A DNA stretch of 57,413 bases from an uncultured Desulfurococcales archaeon (GCA_964448055.1 CAYUVB010000001.1:45436-102848); one strand, 5' to 3'; shown: positions 27,293 through 36,465, numbered from the stretch's first letter. Program-made: numbers and translations. Notes: generated by a model from the letters alone, not told the origin.

Positions 27293-29437
27293 TTACCTGA
27301 TCTTTGCTCTGATCACTATGATTATAGCTGTAATTATGACTCCTAGTACCAGTCCTAGGAGTAGTCCTAGTATTAAGTTATTTAGTGTGGTTGTGGTTAC
27401 AGGTATTGTTATTGTTTTTTCTGCAGTATGTGTTTCAGTTACAGTTACTGTAGCAGTTTTCTCCTTAGTTTCAGTAGTTGTAATAGCTGTTGTCGTTACT
27501 GTTGTTGCTGTAGTAGTCTTTGTTATGTTTTTCTCAATAGTATGTGTTATGTTTACATAACTTGTTCTTGTTACTGTAACTGTTACAGTTTCTCTATGGA
27601 TAATAGTGACTGTTGGTAAGGCTGTTATTGTTATACCTACTTGAGGTTTAGGTATACTTGCCTCTACAAGCGCTTTTAGCACTTGCGCATGTAGTGAAGC
27701 TAGCATGTAGTAATATATTGTAGTAGCCCAGTCTTCTTCTATACCTTTATGCGCTTCAGCCAGCTCCATATAATTCAATGCTATTAGCGGTATTGCTCCT
27801 ACATCGAATGCATCTCTTATAGAGGCCTTGGTTTCCTTCTCAACTACTTGAATTATACCTCCTATACCTGTTTTAAATAATTCATGTATAGCTACAACAC
27901 TAGAGGCTACAGCATGTATTGATGCAGCTATGCTACCATAGGTGTCATTGTTTGAGAAGGCTTTCATAGCTAAATCAACATTCATTAGAGCCTCGTCATA
28001 GCTTGAAGGCTTACTGCCAATATCTGATACCAGTGTTTCAAGATAGCTAAAGCTACTTTTAGCCATAGCTAGTAGGCTTTCAGCTATATCTTTAACAGCT
28101 TGTGAGTTTATCATAGACGTGCTTACTCTTGACATTAATAACCATTGTTTAGCGCTATCGGCCCTGGCCTTTGCAAAAGCTAACATATATATTAGTTTAT
28201 CTAGATCACTCCAGCTGGTAACTTTCTTAAGCATATTTATTGACTCATTAAATATTAGTTCAGATAAGTAATAACGGTATCTTGCAGCCAGCAGTGCTTC
28301 AAACTCTGAGAATGTTTCAGCTTTACTAGCCATTACTATGTAGCGTGTAGCTATTATAGTGTTATTTACCTCATTCACAAACTCAGCTAACCTACTATCA
28401 TCGAGATACACTTTAGCATACTCAAGTGCAGTCAACCCCTCAATATAGCTTGTAAATGCATAGCTAGCAGCCTCATAGTACATTTTTGATAATAAGGAAG
28501 ATGATGCTTGTTCCGCATAATTCAAGGATTCATTTATATGTCTTTCAATTATATATCTCACAGGGTATGGTATCTTCTTAGCCAGTTCAAGTGCTTGTTT
28601 CCTAGCATCTTCGCTTCTAGTGAGATAGCTATGTGTCCAGCTAATGACTATGTTAACGGCTTCGCTGGGAAGTTGTGGTAGAGTTATACCACTTGGTAAG
28701 CTTATGTTCATTCCAGTAAAATAGTAAAATGCTTCACGAACGCTTGCAACCTCTACAACTGTAACATTTAATTGTTTTCCAAGCTCTACCACATCTACTG
28801 GTACATATTCTGTTCTAACAAGATATCCTCCGGGTATAGGTTCTCTTACAATCTTTCTAACGTATACTACTCTCTGCCCTATAGGTATGAGGAATACCTT
28901 TGTACCAACTTCTGCAGCAGCTTTAAGCTTAGCAGGAATACCTCCTACGGGTCCTATACTTCCATCGGGACATATCATGCCTGTCATCATTACGTCTGGT
29001 CTAAGGGTCTTATTTAGGAACAAACTTAGTAGTGCGATAGTCATTGCTCCTCCTGCACTAGGACCACCTATTATGAGACTACTGCTCTTCATCCTTATGA
29101 AATAGTCATAGCTATTGAAGCTCTTGCCTGCAATGGTAGCTGCTATTAGAGCGGCTATCCTAGCAGTGGCTTGGGTATCAAGTTCTGTCAATGGTTCTGC
29201 GCTGAAGTATACAATACCATTACCTGGATAAGCTATTGATACATAAAGATCCGCAACAACTCCTCCTTCCTCTTCGCCCCCTATAGTTGTAACAGCTGGA
29301 ACTTTAATGTGTGTACTCTTTATCCATATATAGGATGTACTTGTCTCTGTAACTGCTATGACAGTTAATAATGGTGATACCATAGAGATTAATAGAATAA
29401 TAGCAATAAGCGACTTATATGCCGAAGCCAATATCAT
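27293..29437 (-). CDS. surface-anchored Lon-like (S16) serine protease with helical domain, Thr-rich stalk and C-terminal TM anchor
   Basis: 714 aa with an N-terminal signal/anchor. The Lon proteolytic motif is LIIGGPSAGGAM (Ser127), with GGIPAKLKAAAEVG (Lys170) following. The Ser-Lys spacing of 43 residues equals that of E. coli Lon S679/K722. The C-terminal part is a T/V-rich stretch plus the TM LILGLLLGLVLGVIITAIIIVI. Confidence 0.75.
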   Translation of the reverse strand: MILASAYKSLIAIILLISMVSPLLTVIAVTETSTSYIWIKSTHIKVPAVTTIGGEEEGGVVADLYVSIAYPGNGIVYFSAEPLTELDTQATARIAALIAATIAGKSFNSYDYFIRMKSSSLIIGGPSAGGAMTIALLSLFLNKTLRPDVMMTGMICPDGSIGPVGGIPAKLKAAAEVGTKVFLIPIGQRVVYVRKIVREPIPGGYLVRTEYVPVDVVELGKQLNVTVVEVASVREAFYYFTGMNISLPSGITLPQLPSEAVNIVISWTHSYLTRSEDARKQALELAKKIPYPVRYIIERHINESLNYAEQASSSLLSKMYYEAASYAFTSYIEGLTALEYAKVYLDDSRLAEFVNEVNNTIIATRYIVMASKAETFSEFEALLAARYRYYLSELIFNESINMLKKVTSWSDLDKLIYMLAFAKARADSAKQWLLMSRVSTSMINSQAVKDIAESLLAMAKSSFSYLETLVSDIGSKPSSYDEALMNVDLAMKAFSNNDTYGSIAASIHAVASSVVAIHELFKTGIGGIIQVVEKETKASIRDAFDVGAIPLIALNYMELAEAHKGIEEDWATTIYYYMLASLHAQVLKALVEASIPKPQVGITITALPTVTIIHRETVTVTVTRTSYVNITHTIEKNITKTTTATTVTTTAITTTETKEKTATVTVTETHTAEKTITIPVTTTTLNNLILGLLLGLVLGVIITAIIIVIRAKIR
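27370..27600. repeat. low-complexity GTT/ACT-rich coding repeat (encodes the Thr/Val-rich stalk)
   Basis: Imperfect reiteration of GTTACTGTT/ACAGTTAC-type units. The opposite strand yields spurious V/C-rich ORFs. Confidence 0.7.
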
Positions 29438-29596
29438 TCACCTGTACCCGGTTAGCAAGTTGTTTAGACCTGGATCAGAGTTATGTAATAGCATATTAAA
29501 ACCTCATCGGATATTATCGGATATTGGAAGACAAATATTAAAAACCATTGTTAATTAAGTTTCGTATGAGACTACGATAGCGAGTGATATAGTTAG

Positions 29597-30337
29597 GTGT
29601 TAATAGTGATGGATTTGTTCTCAATTATACTGGTAATCACAGTTATACTATATGTTGTGCTACTAATTATGATTTCAGAGTACATTCGTTCCAGGAAGGG
29701 GTTATCATCTTACTTTACTAGGAGAATAATCCACCTCTTAGCAGGGGACTCCATTGTAGTTTTACCTTTATTCAAGCATGTAGTGTATCCCGTAGTAATT
29801 ACAATAATACTTGCGTTAATGGTTTTTATAGGTCTTAGTAGACCTGGTAATCCCTTCTCAAAGACCATGGTTGTAACAGAATATGATAAATTACATGTAT
29901 ATGGTCCTTTGTATTACATATTAGCTATAATGATCTTGGTAATATTGTTCTATAATCACCCTGAGATAGTCATAGCATCAACCATGATAATGGCCTGGGG
30001 TGATGGTTTTGCATCATTAGTACCCAAATATATTAGTAATCCTCATATGATATTCAATAGTGGCGTGAGATATCGTAAAAGCATTGAAGGTACACTAAGT
30101 ATGATTATAATGGGATTTCTTGGAGCAATTGTAGGCTTGTTTCTGAGCAATATTTTAACAGGTTACAGCTTCAACATAGTAGGTTTGATACCTATCGTAT
30201 TGATTGCAAGTATTGTATCTGGTATAGTGGAAATGCTGAGTGTTGGACCACTGGCTAGCTTTGACAACCTAACTGTACCTATGGCATCAACTGTAACAAT
30301 ACTCTTATTAGAGCATATGCTCCCAAGCATTACTTAA
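29597..30337 (+). CDS. CTP-dependent polyprenol (dolichol/phytol) kinase family membrane protein
   Basis: 246 aa and polytopic. RRIIHLLAGD, AWGDGFASLV and RKSIEGTLSM resemble the COG0170 Sec59/VTE5 family. Confidence 0.65.
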   Translation: MLIVMDLFSIILVITVILYVVLLIMISEYIRSRKGLSSYFTRRIIHLLAGDSIVVLPLFKHVVYPVVITIILALMVFIGLSRPGNPFSKTMVVTEYDKLHVYGPLYYILAIMILVILFYNHPEIVIASTMIMAWGDGFASLVPKYISNPHMIFNSGVRYRKSIEGTLSMIIMGFLGAIVGLFLSNILTGYSFNIVGLIPIVLIASIVSGIVEMLSVGPLASFDNLTVPMASTVTILLLEHMLPSIT

Positions 30338-30452
30338 ATAATATTACTTTATAGAAGCCTTAATACCTTCTAAGATGATATAGTTTAAATAGGTGTGTCA
30401 AGGGGAGTCCAGGTAAAGTAATCTAGAAGTCCTTAATGCAAGGGGCTACCCA

Positions 30453-31283
30453 TTGGCTATACTGTTGATAGTTGACTATGTACTTAGAGTACTAGTGGTA
30501 CTACTGTTCGGTATAATATCTTTAAAGAAAAAACTTGTTGATATTACTGGTTTCATTGCCGGACTATTTGTGGGCTTATCTGTTATTCTCCTAGGTGGCT
30601 GGAACTGGTTTATCATTATATTATTATTCCATTTAGTAGCAGGCATTGCTACTAAATGGAAATACGAATATAAGAGAAGTCTTGGTGTGGCAGAAGAAAA
30701 AGGTGGTGCAAGAAGTTGGAAGAACGTATTAGCAAATGGCATTATTGCATCAATAGCGGTTATGCTTGAATACATGGTTGGTGGACAAATATGGGCTTAT
30801 GCATACCTTGCTGCTGTTGCAACAGCTATGGGTGATACCCTTGCTACCGAGATAGGATTACTGAGCCCTAGTAAGCCTAAGTTAATAGTTAAGCCTTGGA
30901 TAGAGGTAGAACCTGGTACCTCAGGTGGTGTAAGTCTTCTTGGATATATTGCGTCGGCATTAGCAGGCTTAATAGTAGGGCTTATAGGCTGCATGCTTGG
31001 CGTTGTACCTTCCACAGAAGTACCCAGTCCCAACCCACTATACCTTATAGGGGTAATAACCCTAGCCACACTTATCGGTGTAACAATTGATAGTATAATT
31101 GGTGCAACAATTCAAGCACAGTATCGTTGTACCGTATGCGGCAAGCTTACAGAAAGACCCGTACACTGTGGAAAACAAGCTATATTAATTAAAGGTGTAC
31201 GATGGGTAGATAACCATGTAGTGAATATACTAGGTATAGCTAGCGGTGCACTATCAGCCATGATAATAGTATTACTAACATAA
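30453..31283 (+). CDS. DUF92/TMEM19 (COG1836, VTE6-like) membrane protein with C-terminal Cys/His knuckle
   Basis: GGARSWKNVLANG, ATAMGDTLATEIG and GTSGGVSLLG are DUF92-type motifs. An inserted segment CTVCGKLTERPVHCG is present. TTG start. Confidence 0.65.
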   Translation: MAILLIVDYVLRVLVVLLFGIISLKKKLVDITGFIAGLFVGLSVILLGGWNWFIIILLFHLVAGIATKWKYEYKRSLGVAEEKGGARSWKNVLANGIIASIAVMLEYMVGGQIWAYAYLAAVATAMGDTLATEIGLLSPSKPKLIVKPWIEVEPGTSGGVSLLGYIASALAGLIVGLIGCMLGVVPSTEVPSPNPLYLIGVITLATLIGVTIDSIIGATIQAQYRCTVCGKLTERPVHCGKQAILIKGVRWVDNHVVNILGIASGALSAMIIVLLT

Positions 31284-31319
31284 ACATAAATATAGAATAG
31301 ATAAAATGGCTAGGATATT

Positions 31320-31634
31320 TTAGGTATATTGGGCTGTTCTCTCACTAGCTCTAAGCTGTGCTACTATTTCATCAAGACCTAATCCACTATTCACTAGTTC
31401 AACTACACGGCTACGTTCATCTACACCTAATTTACGGTTTAATAATCTCTCAACCTCATCTATTAATAGTAATGGTATGTATTGATCTAATACTTTCTCT
31501 AATAACTTTGGTATTGCTTGTGATAGGTTCGCTACAGCTTGTGATAAATCACGTATGGTCTTAACGATATCATCGCCTTCATCTGCTTGTGAATGTTTGT
31601 CTAGGTTTATTTGCTTCCTTTCATCCTCTATCAA
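31320..31634 (-). CDS. hypothetical small helical protein
   Basis: 104-aa ORF with no motif recognised. Confidence 0.4.
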   Translation of the reverse strand: MIEDERKQINLDKHSQADEGDDIVKTIRDLSQAVANLSQAIPKLLEKVLDQYIPLLLIDEVERLLNRKLGVDERSRVVELVNSGLGLDEIVAQLRASERTAQYT

Positions 31635-31755
31635 GAATTTAACACCCAGTTAAGTATAGTATACAATATCTTGTCTCTAAAACGTCTCCACCTGATAACA
31701 CTCTAAAAATAATATTATAGCTAAAGACTATGTAGTAGTTAGTAGGGACTGAGAC

Positions 31756-32625
31756 GTGGTTTCAAGAGTATCAATGTGTCTATTAGTACTAGTGTTTATC
31801 CTACTATTTACATTAGCGTATTATATGCCTTATTATAGTGGTGGGTTTGGCAAAATAGCGTATGAGCATCCTGTGGTAGTTGAGAAACCTAAACCCTTGT
31901 TCACATCAGTGTCACGTAAAACAAATATATACATTCCATTAGTGAACAATACTAGTAGTATGGGTGTTAAGGAGAATGTGAGTGGGTTCTGGAAAAACCT
32001 ACGTGATGTATGGTGGATTAAGGCTTTAACACAAGTATTCTTATCAATTATGTCAATTATATCGTCCATTATAAAGTTCCTTATAGATTTAACGATAATT
32101 GATATACCTAGACCTAGCGTTCATGAAGTAAGTGGTGAAGTTAATACAACTGTATTGGTGAATCCTCGAAGACTATTGATGGTAGGTGTATTAGGCTTAA
32201 TATCAGCTGTTATTGTATTAGCTATTATAGCTAGGTCTAGGTTGAAGAAATACGATATGACAGGTTACTTCTTAAGTAAAAGGTTTGAAGAGTACTCTTC
32301 CGAGGAGCTTGTAGATAAAGCTCGGTATAATATTAGCTTACTAGATCTTAAAGAAAAGGACATTAGCAAAATAATACTACATGCTTTTAGCCGTGTATAT
32401 TCATGGGGTAAGGAGTTACTCGGGATAGGAGAATCTATTACACCTCGTGAACTTGCATACCTATATGACGTTAAAGGTCTTAGTGATAAAGTATGGGTTA
32501 TTTCATCTGCATTTGAGGAACTAAAATATGGAAAACGTATTCCCTCATGGGTCAATGTTAATGATATCCTTGGCGCTCTACGTGATGTCGAGGTGAAGAT
32601 TAGGGAATGGTCTTCGAAGAAATAG
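31756..32625 (+). CDS. bitopic membrane protein with cytoplasmic DUF4129-like tail
   Basis: 289 aa with two TMs. The C-terminal ILHAFSRVYSWGKELLGIGESITPRELAYLYD...AFEELKYGKR fits the DUF4129 pattern. GTG start. Confidence 0.5.
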   Translation: MVSRVSMCLLVLVFILLFTLAYYMPYYSGGFGKIAYEHPVVVEKPKPLFTSVSRKTNIYIPLVNNTSSMGVKENVSGFWKNLRDVWWIKALTQVFLSIMSIISSIIKFLIDLTIIDIPRPSVHEVSGEVNTTVLVNPRRLLMVGVLGLISAVIVLAIIARSRLKKYDMTGYFLSKRFEEYSSEELVDKARYNISLLDLKEKDISKIILHAFSRVYSWGKELLGIGESITPRELAYLYDVKGLSDKVWVISSAFEELKYGKRIPSWVNVNDILGALRDVEVKIREWSSKK

Positions 32626-33128
32626 TCCTCCTACTTTTACCTATAGGTATTGTTTCAACAGTGCTAGCCTACTATTACTATACTAAAATAGCCAGTTATT
32701 GTTGCTTATCTTTTGGTGTATTAGAAGATAGTAGAAGAGAAGAGGTGTTAAAACCTCCTCGTTGGAGTAATGTTTTGGCTTCGAGAATAGAATTCATTGA
32801 TGAGACTGTATTGGATATACTACGTAGTATGATAAGGAGAACAGAGTCACGTTCCACCACATTATTGGGGATACATGTTTTTCCACATGGTGTAGGTTCT
32901 CTTCAATTATTGAGATTATATATTGGATCGTTCATAAGGTTGTGGAGACGTGTAGGCTTTTTCAATTCGGTTACTTTCTACTTAAAGACTATTAAGGTAA
33001 GAATGCTCTATAGTAAAGTTTTAAGACTTCATAGGTCTAACAAGCTTCATGGGTATAGACTCATTGCTTCAAGGTTGTTTAATGAAATAATTGAGTTGAA
33101 CAAGATCATTGAGGCGTATAGTAGTTGA
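32607..33128 (+). CDS. N-terminally anchored basic protein, function unknown
   Basis: 173 aa. It overlaps the upstream gene by 19 nt and the moxR start by 4 nt. Confidence 0.4.
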   Translation: MVFEEIVLLLLPIGIVSTVLAYYYYTKIASYCCLSFGVLEDSRREEVLKPPRWSNVLASRIEFIDETVLDILRSMIRRTESRSTTLLGIHVFPHGVGSLQLLRLYIGSFIRLWRRVGFFNSVTFYLKTIKVRMLYSKVLRLHRSNKLHGYRLIASRLFNEIIELNKIIEAYSS

Positions 33129-34099
33129 ATCCACGTGATGTATACATAATTGCTGAGAAAGTGAGGAGACAGGTTTCAAGAGTTATTGTGGGTAAAGAGG
33201 ATGTTGTTGATCGACTATTAATAGCATTACTTGTCGGAGGACACGTATTGTTAGAAGGTGTTCCAGGTGTTGCTAAGACGTACCTAGCTAGATCCTTTGC
33301 AAAAACTCTAGGATTGAAGTTTAAAAGAATTCAGCTCACGCCAGATCTACTACCAAGCGATATAATTGGTGTTAAGGTATACAATTATAAGACAATGGAG
33401 TTTGAATTTAGGCCTGGACCAGTATTCACTAATATATTATTAGCTGATGAAATAAACCGTACACCTCCTAGAACTCAAGCAGCGTTACTCGAGGCAATGC
33501 AGGAGAAACAGGTAACTGTTGATGGTGAAACCTATAAATTACCTGAACCATTTGTTGTAATAGCTACTCAAAATCCTGTTGAAACAGAAGGTACTTACCC
33601 GTTACCTGAAGCACAACTTGATCGATTTTTGTTTAGAGTAATAGTAAATTACCCCTCAAGGAATGAAGAAGTTGAGATGCTTAGGATTAAGAGGGTTAAA
33701 GGTGAAGTAATAGACGTGGACCAGATAGCTGGTCCTAAAGAAGTGTTAGAGGCTTCAAAGACTGTTGCCGAGAAAGTTAAGGTCGATGATGCTATACTTG
33801 AATACATAGTTGATCTCGTAAGAGCTACACGTGAACATCCATCAGTACTTTTGGGTGGTAGCCCTAGAGCCGAGGTAATGCTTCTTTATGCTTCAAGAGC
33901 TTATGCAGCTATTAGTGAGGGTAGAGATTACGTGGTTCCTGATGATGTGAAAGCGGTTTTCTTTGATGTAATGAACCATAGGATTATACTAAGACCGGAA
34001 TATGTTATAGGCACGTATAGTCGTGAACCTTTATGGAGTTACCGTGCAATACATGGTATACTTAGCTCAGTAGTAGAGAAGGTTAGGGTCCCCAAGTAA
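33125..34099 (+). CDS. moxR: MoxR-family AAA+ ATPase
   Basis: Walker A LLEGVPGVAKT, Walker B ILLADEINR and VIATQNPVETEGTYPLPEAQLDRF. 324 aa is the typical MoxR length. Confidence 0.92.
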   Translation: MNPRDVYIIAEKVRRQVSRVIVGKEDVVDRLLIALLVGGHVLLEGVPGVAKTYLARSFAKTLGLKFKRIQLTPDLLPSDIIGVKVYNYKTMEFEFRPGPVFTNILLADEINRTPPRTQAALLEAMQEKQVTVDGETYKLPEPFVVIATQNPVETEGTYPLPEAQLDRFLFRVIVNYPSRNEEVEMLRIKRVKGEVIDVDQIAGPKEVLEASKTVAEKVKVDDAILEYIVDLVRATREHPSVLLGGSPRAEVMLLYASRAYAAISEGRDYVVPDDVKAVFFDVMNHRIILRPEYVIGTYSREPLWSYRAIHGILSSVVEKVRVPK

Positions 34100-35409
34100 T
34101 GGTTTTATTAACTTCTAAAGCACAAATACTAATTATTGTGTCACTCCTAACATTACCATTAGGGTTACTAACTCTTAGAATGGAAGTAATACTATTTTCA
34201 CTAATAATCCTTATATCTATCGCACTAGATGTAATTTACTTTACACATAGTATTAGAGAAGTTGAAGTTAATGCTTGGAGAGATAGGATCCCAGAAAGAG
34301 TTATAGTTGACTCGATAATACCTGTTAAAGTCTATGTGAAGATCAAGGGTTTCCGAGGAATAGTTAGTGTTCATGACCATGTACCTGATGTTTTCCAAAT
34401 TACTGAAGGCAGAACAAGCTTGTATACAAGAGTACATGAGAACCAAGTTATCAAGTTAGAATATGTATTCAAAGCCGTTGTCCGCGGAGATCATAGAATT
34501 GGGCCCCTAACGGTAATACTACATAGTCCTCTAGGCCTGGTAGGTAAACGTATAGACTTACCTAAGAACACTATCAATTACATTAAAGTAGTTCCACAAT
34601 TCTATGCGTATAGGTTTAAGACTAGAGAGACTATTGCTAGGTACATTATGCCTCCTGGTGGACATCCAGTTAGGATGCGTGGTCTAGGTGTAGATCTCGA
34701 ATACATACGTAACTATCTACCAGGTGATGATGTTAGGAAAATTGCCTGGAAGGTTTCAGCTAAGAACCCTAGAAGAGAACTTATGGTTAAGGAGACTAGT
34801 AGTGAGGTAAGATTAAGCTTATTTATAGTACTAGATGCCGGAATAGAATCAAGCTTAGGTTATCCTCGTAGGCTTATAGACTACTATGTTGAAGCTGCAG
34901 GGTCTTTGATTCTTGCTGCTCTTGATCATGGTGATCTCGTAGGGTTATATATCTCAGGTACGCCGAGTCTCCTAGTACCATTAACAAGGAGGAAAGAGTA
35001 CTTATACATGGCCCTCAAGTTCCTTGAAACACTTAACCCTAGCAATACTAGATCAATACTTCATCGAGTACCTAGTGTACTAGCATCAGCTTTACCAAGA
35101 AGGTCTATAGTCTTCTACTTTTCAAGCCTTGAGAACATTATCGATGTAAAAGGCATAGCTGAGAAGACTAGAGCCTTAGGGCATAAACCAGTCTTCATGA
35201 TACCCTATACACCATCCTTTATAAGAATAAGCGTAGATAAATTACCATTAAAATACTTCTATAATAAGGTGCTTATCGATGAAATTAACAGGTTAAAACA
35301 AGTAGTTAATGAACTGGTAGCTGCTGAAGCTGAAGTAGTAATACTTAAACCCGTAGATTTTGTCTCCAAGGTTCTAAAAATCTATTATTCACTAAGGGAG
35401 CTTGCATGA
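34099..35409 (+). CDS. DUF58 domain protein (vWA-like, MoxR partner)
   Basis: TAATG overlap with moxR. Two N-terminal TMs and the signature IRNYLPGDDVRKIAWKVSAKNPRRELMVKE. Confidence 0.8.
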   Translation: MVLLTSKAQILIIVSLLTLPLGLLTLRMEVILFSLIILISIALDVIYFTHSIREVEVNAWRDRIPERVIVDSIIPVKVYVKIKGFRGIVSVHDHVPDVFQITEGRTSLYTRVHENQVIKLEYVFKAVVRGDHRIGPLTVILHSPLGLVGKRIDLPKNTINYIKVVPQFYAYRFKTRETIARYIMPPGGHPVRMRGLGVDLEYIRNYLPGDDVRKIAWKVSAKNPRRELMVKETSSEVRLSLFIVLDAGIESSLGYPRRLIDYYVEAAGSLILAALDHGDLVGLYISGTPSLLVPLTRRKEYLYMALKFLETLNPSNTRSILHRVPSVLASALPRRSIVFYFSSLENIIDVKGIAEKTRALGHKPVFMIPYTPSFIRISVDKLPLKYFYNKVLIDEINRLKQVVNELVAAEAEVVILKPVDFVSKVLKIYYSLRELA

Positions 35410-36146
35410 AGGCTAGCATAATCTCAATCCTTAGAATAATTACCGTAAGCCCAGTGTTCATTTTATGGTTATACAGTATCTTGGAAGTCTCTAGTGAGAT
35501 ATATGGTTTATATCATGTTATAACCGGTATATTCATAATCGTACTAGCTTGGTATTTAAGGAAACATAACTACGTTGACTACCCAGTATTCTTTCTATTT
35601 GCGTTTTTATTCTTTGGTTTAATAGCTCAGCTAGGTGTAGGTTTCTGGATAGAATCTCTATTTCTTATACTGCCAGGTTTTCATGTCATCGTGGCTTTAG
35701 ATACAAAGAAATTTCATCACCTAATAGCATTATTAACTTTGACTTATATCTACACGATTCTACAAGCATATCTCGTAGATATAGGTCTATCATATAAGGC
35801 TGGCCTAGCAGCGATACCAGCATTCTTTTCTTCAATACGTGTAGTACTCTATGGTGGGATACCAGAGATTATGTTCTACGAGCCTGTGCCAGGGTTAATA
35901 ATAATATACGCCTTAGCTACAATATCATTAATACTATTAATGATTCATGAGGAGAACATTATAGAAGCAGGCCCCAAGGTAATATTGGACTCTATGAAGA
36001 TACTCATAATTTCTTCGTTGATAGCATTCTCAATTGTTGCAGTATCAGTTGTTGTTCAAGGATCATTAATAGTATTCTGGACAATTACTATACTATCAAT
36101 ATCAGTGTTAGCAATAATAGCTTATAGAAAATTAGCTAAAGCATGA
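35406..36146 (+). CDS. polytopic membrane protein
   Basis: 246 aa with about 7 TMs. ATGA overlap with the DUF58 gene. Confidence 0.55.
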   Translation: MKASIISILRIITVSPVFILWLYSILEVSSEIYGLYHVITGIFIIVLAWYLRKHNYVDYPVFFLFAFLFFGLIAQLGVGFWIESLFLILPGFHVIVALDTKKFHHLIALLTLTYIYTILQAYLVDIGLSYKAGLAAIPAFFSSIRVVLYGGIPEIMFYEPVPGLIIIYALATISLILLMIHEENIIEAGPKVILDSMKILIISSLIAFSIVAVSVVVQGSLIVFWTITILSISVLAIIAYRKLAKA

Positions 36147-36465
36147 CCCCTCCCTAAGTCTTTGTCGATGTTGTTCTGCATCGATATATCTATGATCCCG
36201 TGTCCCCGGTCATCGGGGTCTAACAGTTAAAACTAATATCTAGCTTATTAAAGTATACTTGAAACTTGGGGATGAAGGTATTATTGTCCGGTCATCCGAA
36301 GGATTATGTGGAAGCCGGACCCAGCTGACCCGTCTATTGCCTTGTAATGGAATCTGGTATGCAATTCAAGTTTATAGTAAATCATGAAGATTGCTAATAG
36401 GTCTATGGTTCGATGTACAGAGTTATAGGTAAAATATTAAGTTCCTAGTCTAAAGATACACTCTA

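Noticed and set aside
27318-27619. Two Val/Cys-rich ORFs (27318-27560 and 27428-27619, plus strand)
   Set aside because: They are artefacts of the low-complexity GTT/ACT repeat that encodes the Thr-rich stalk of the S16 protease on the minus strand.
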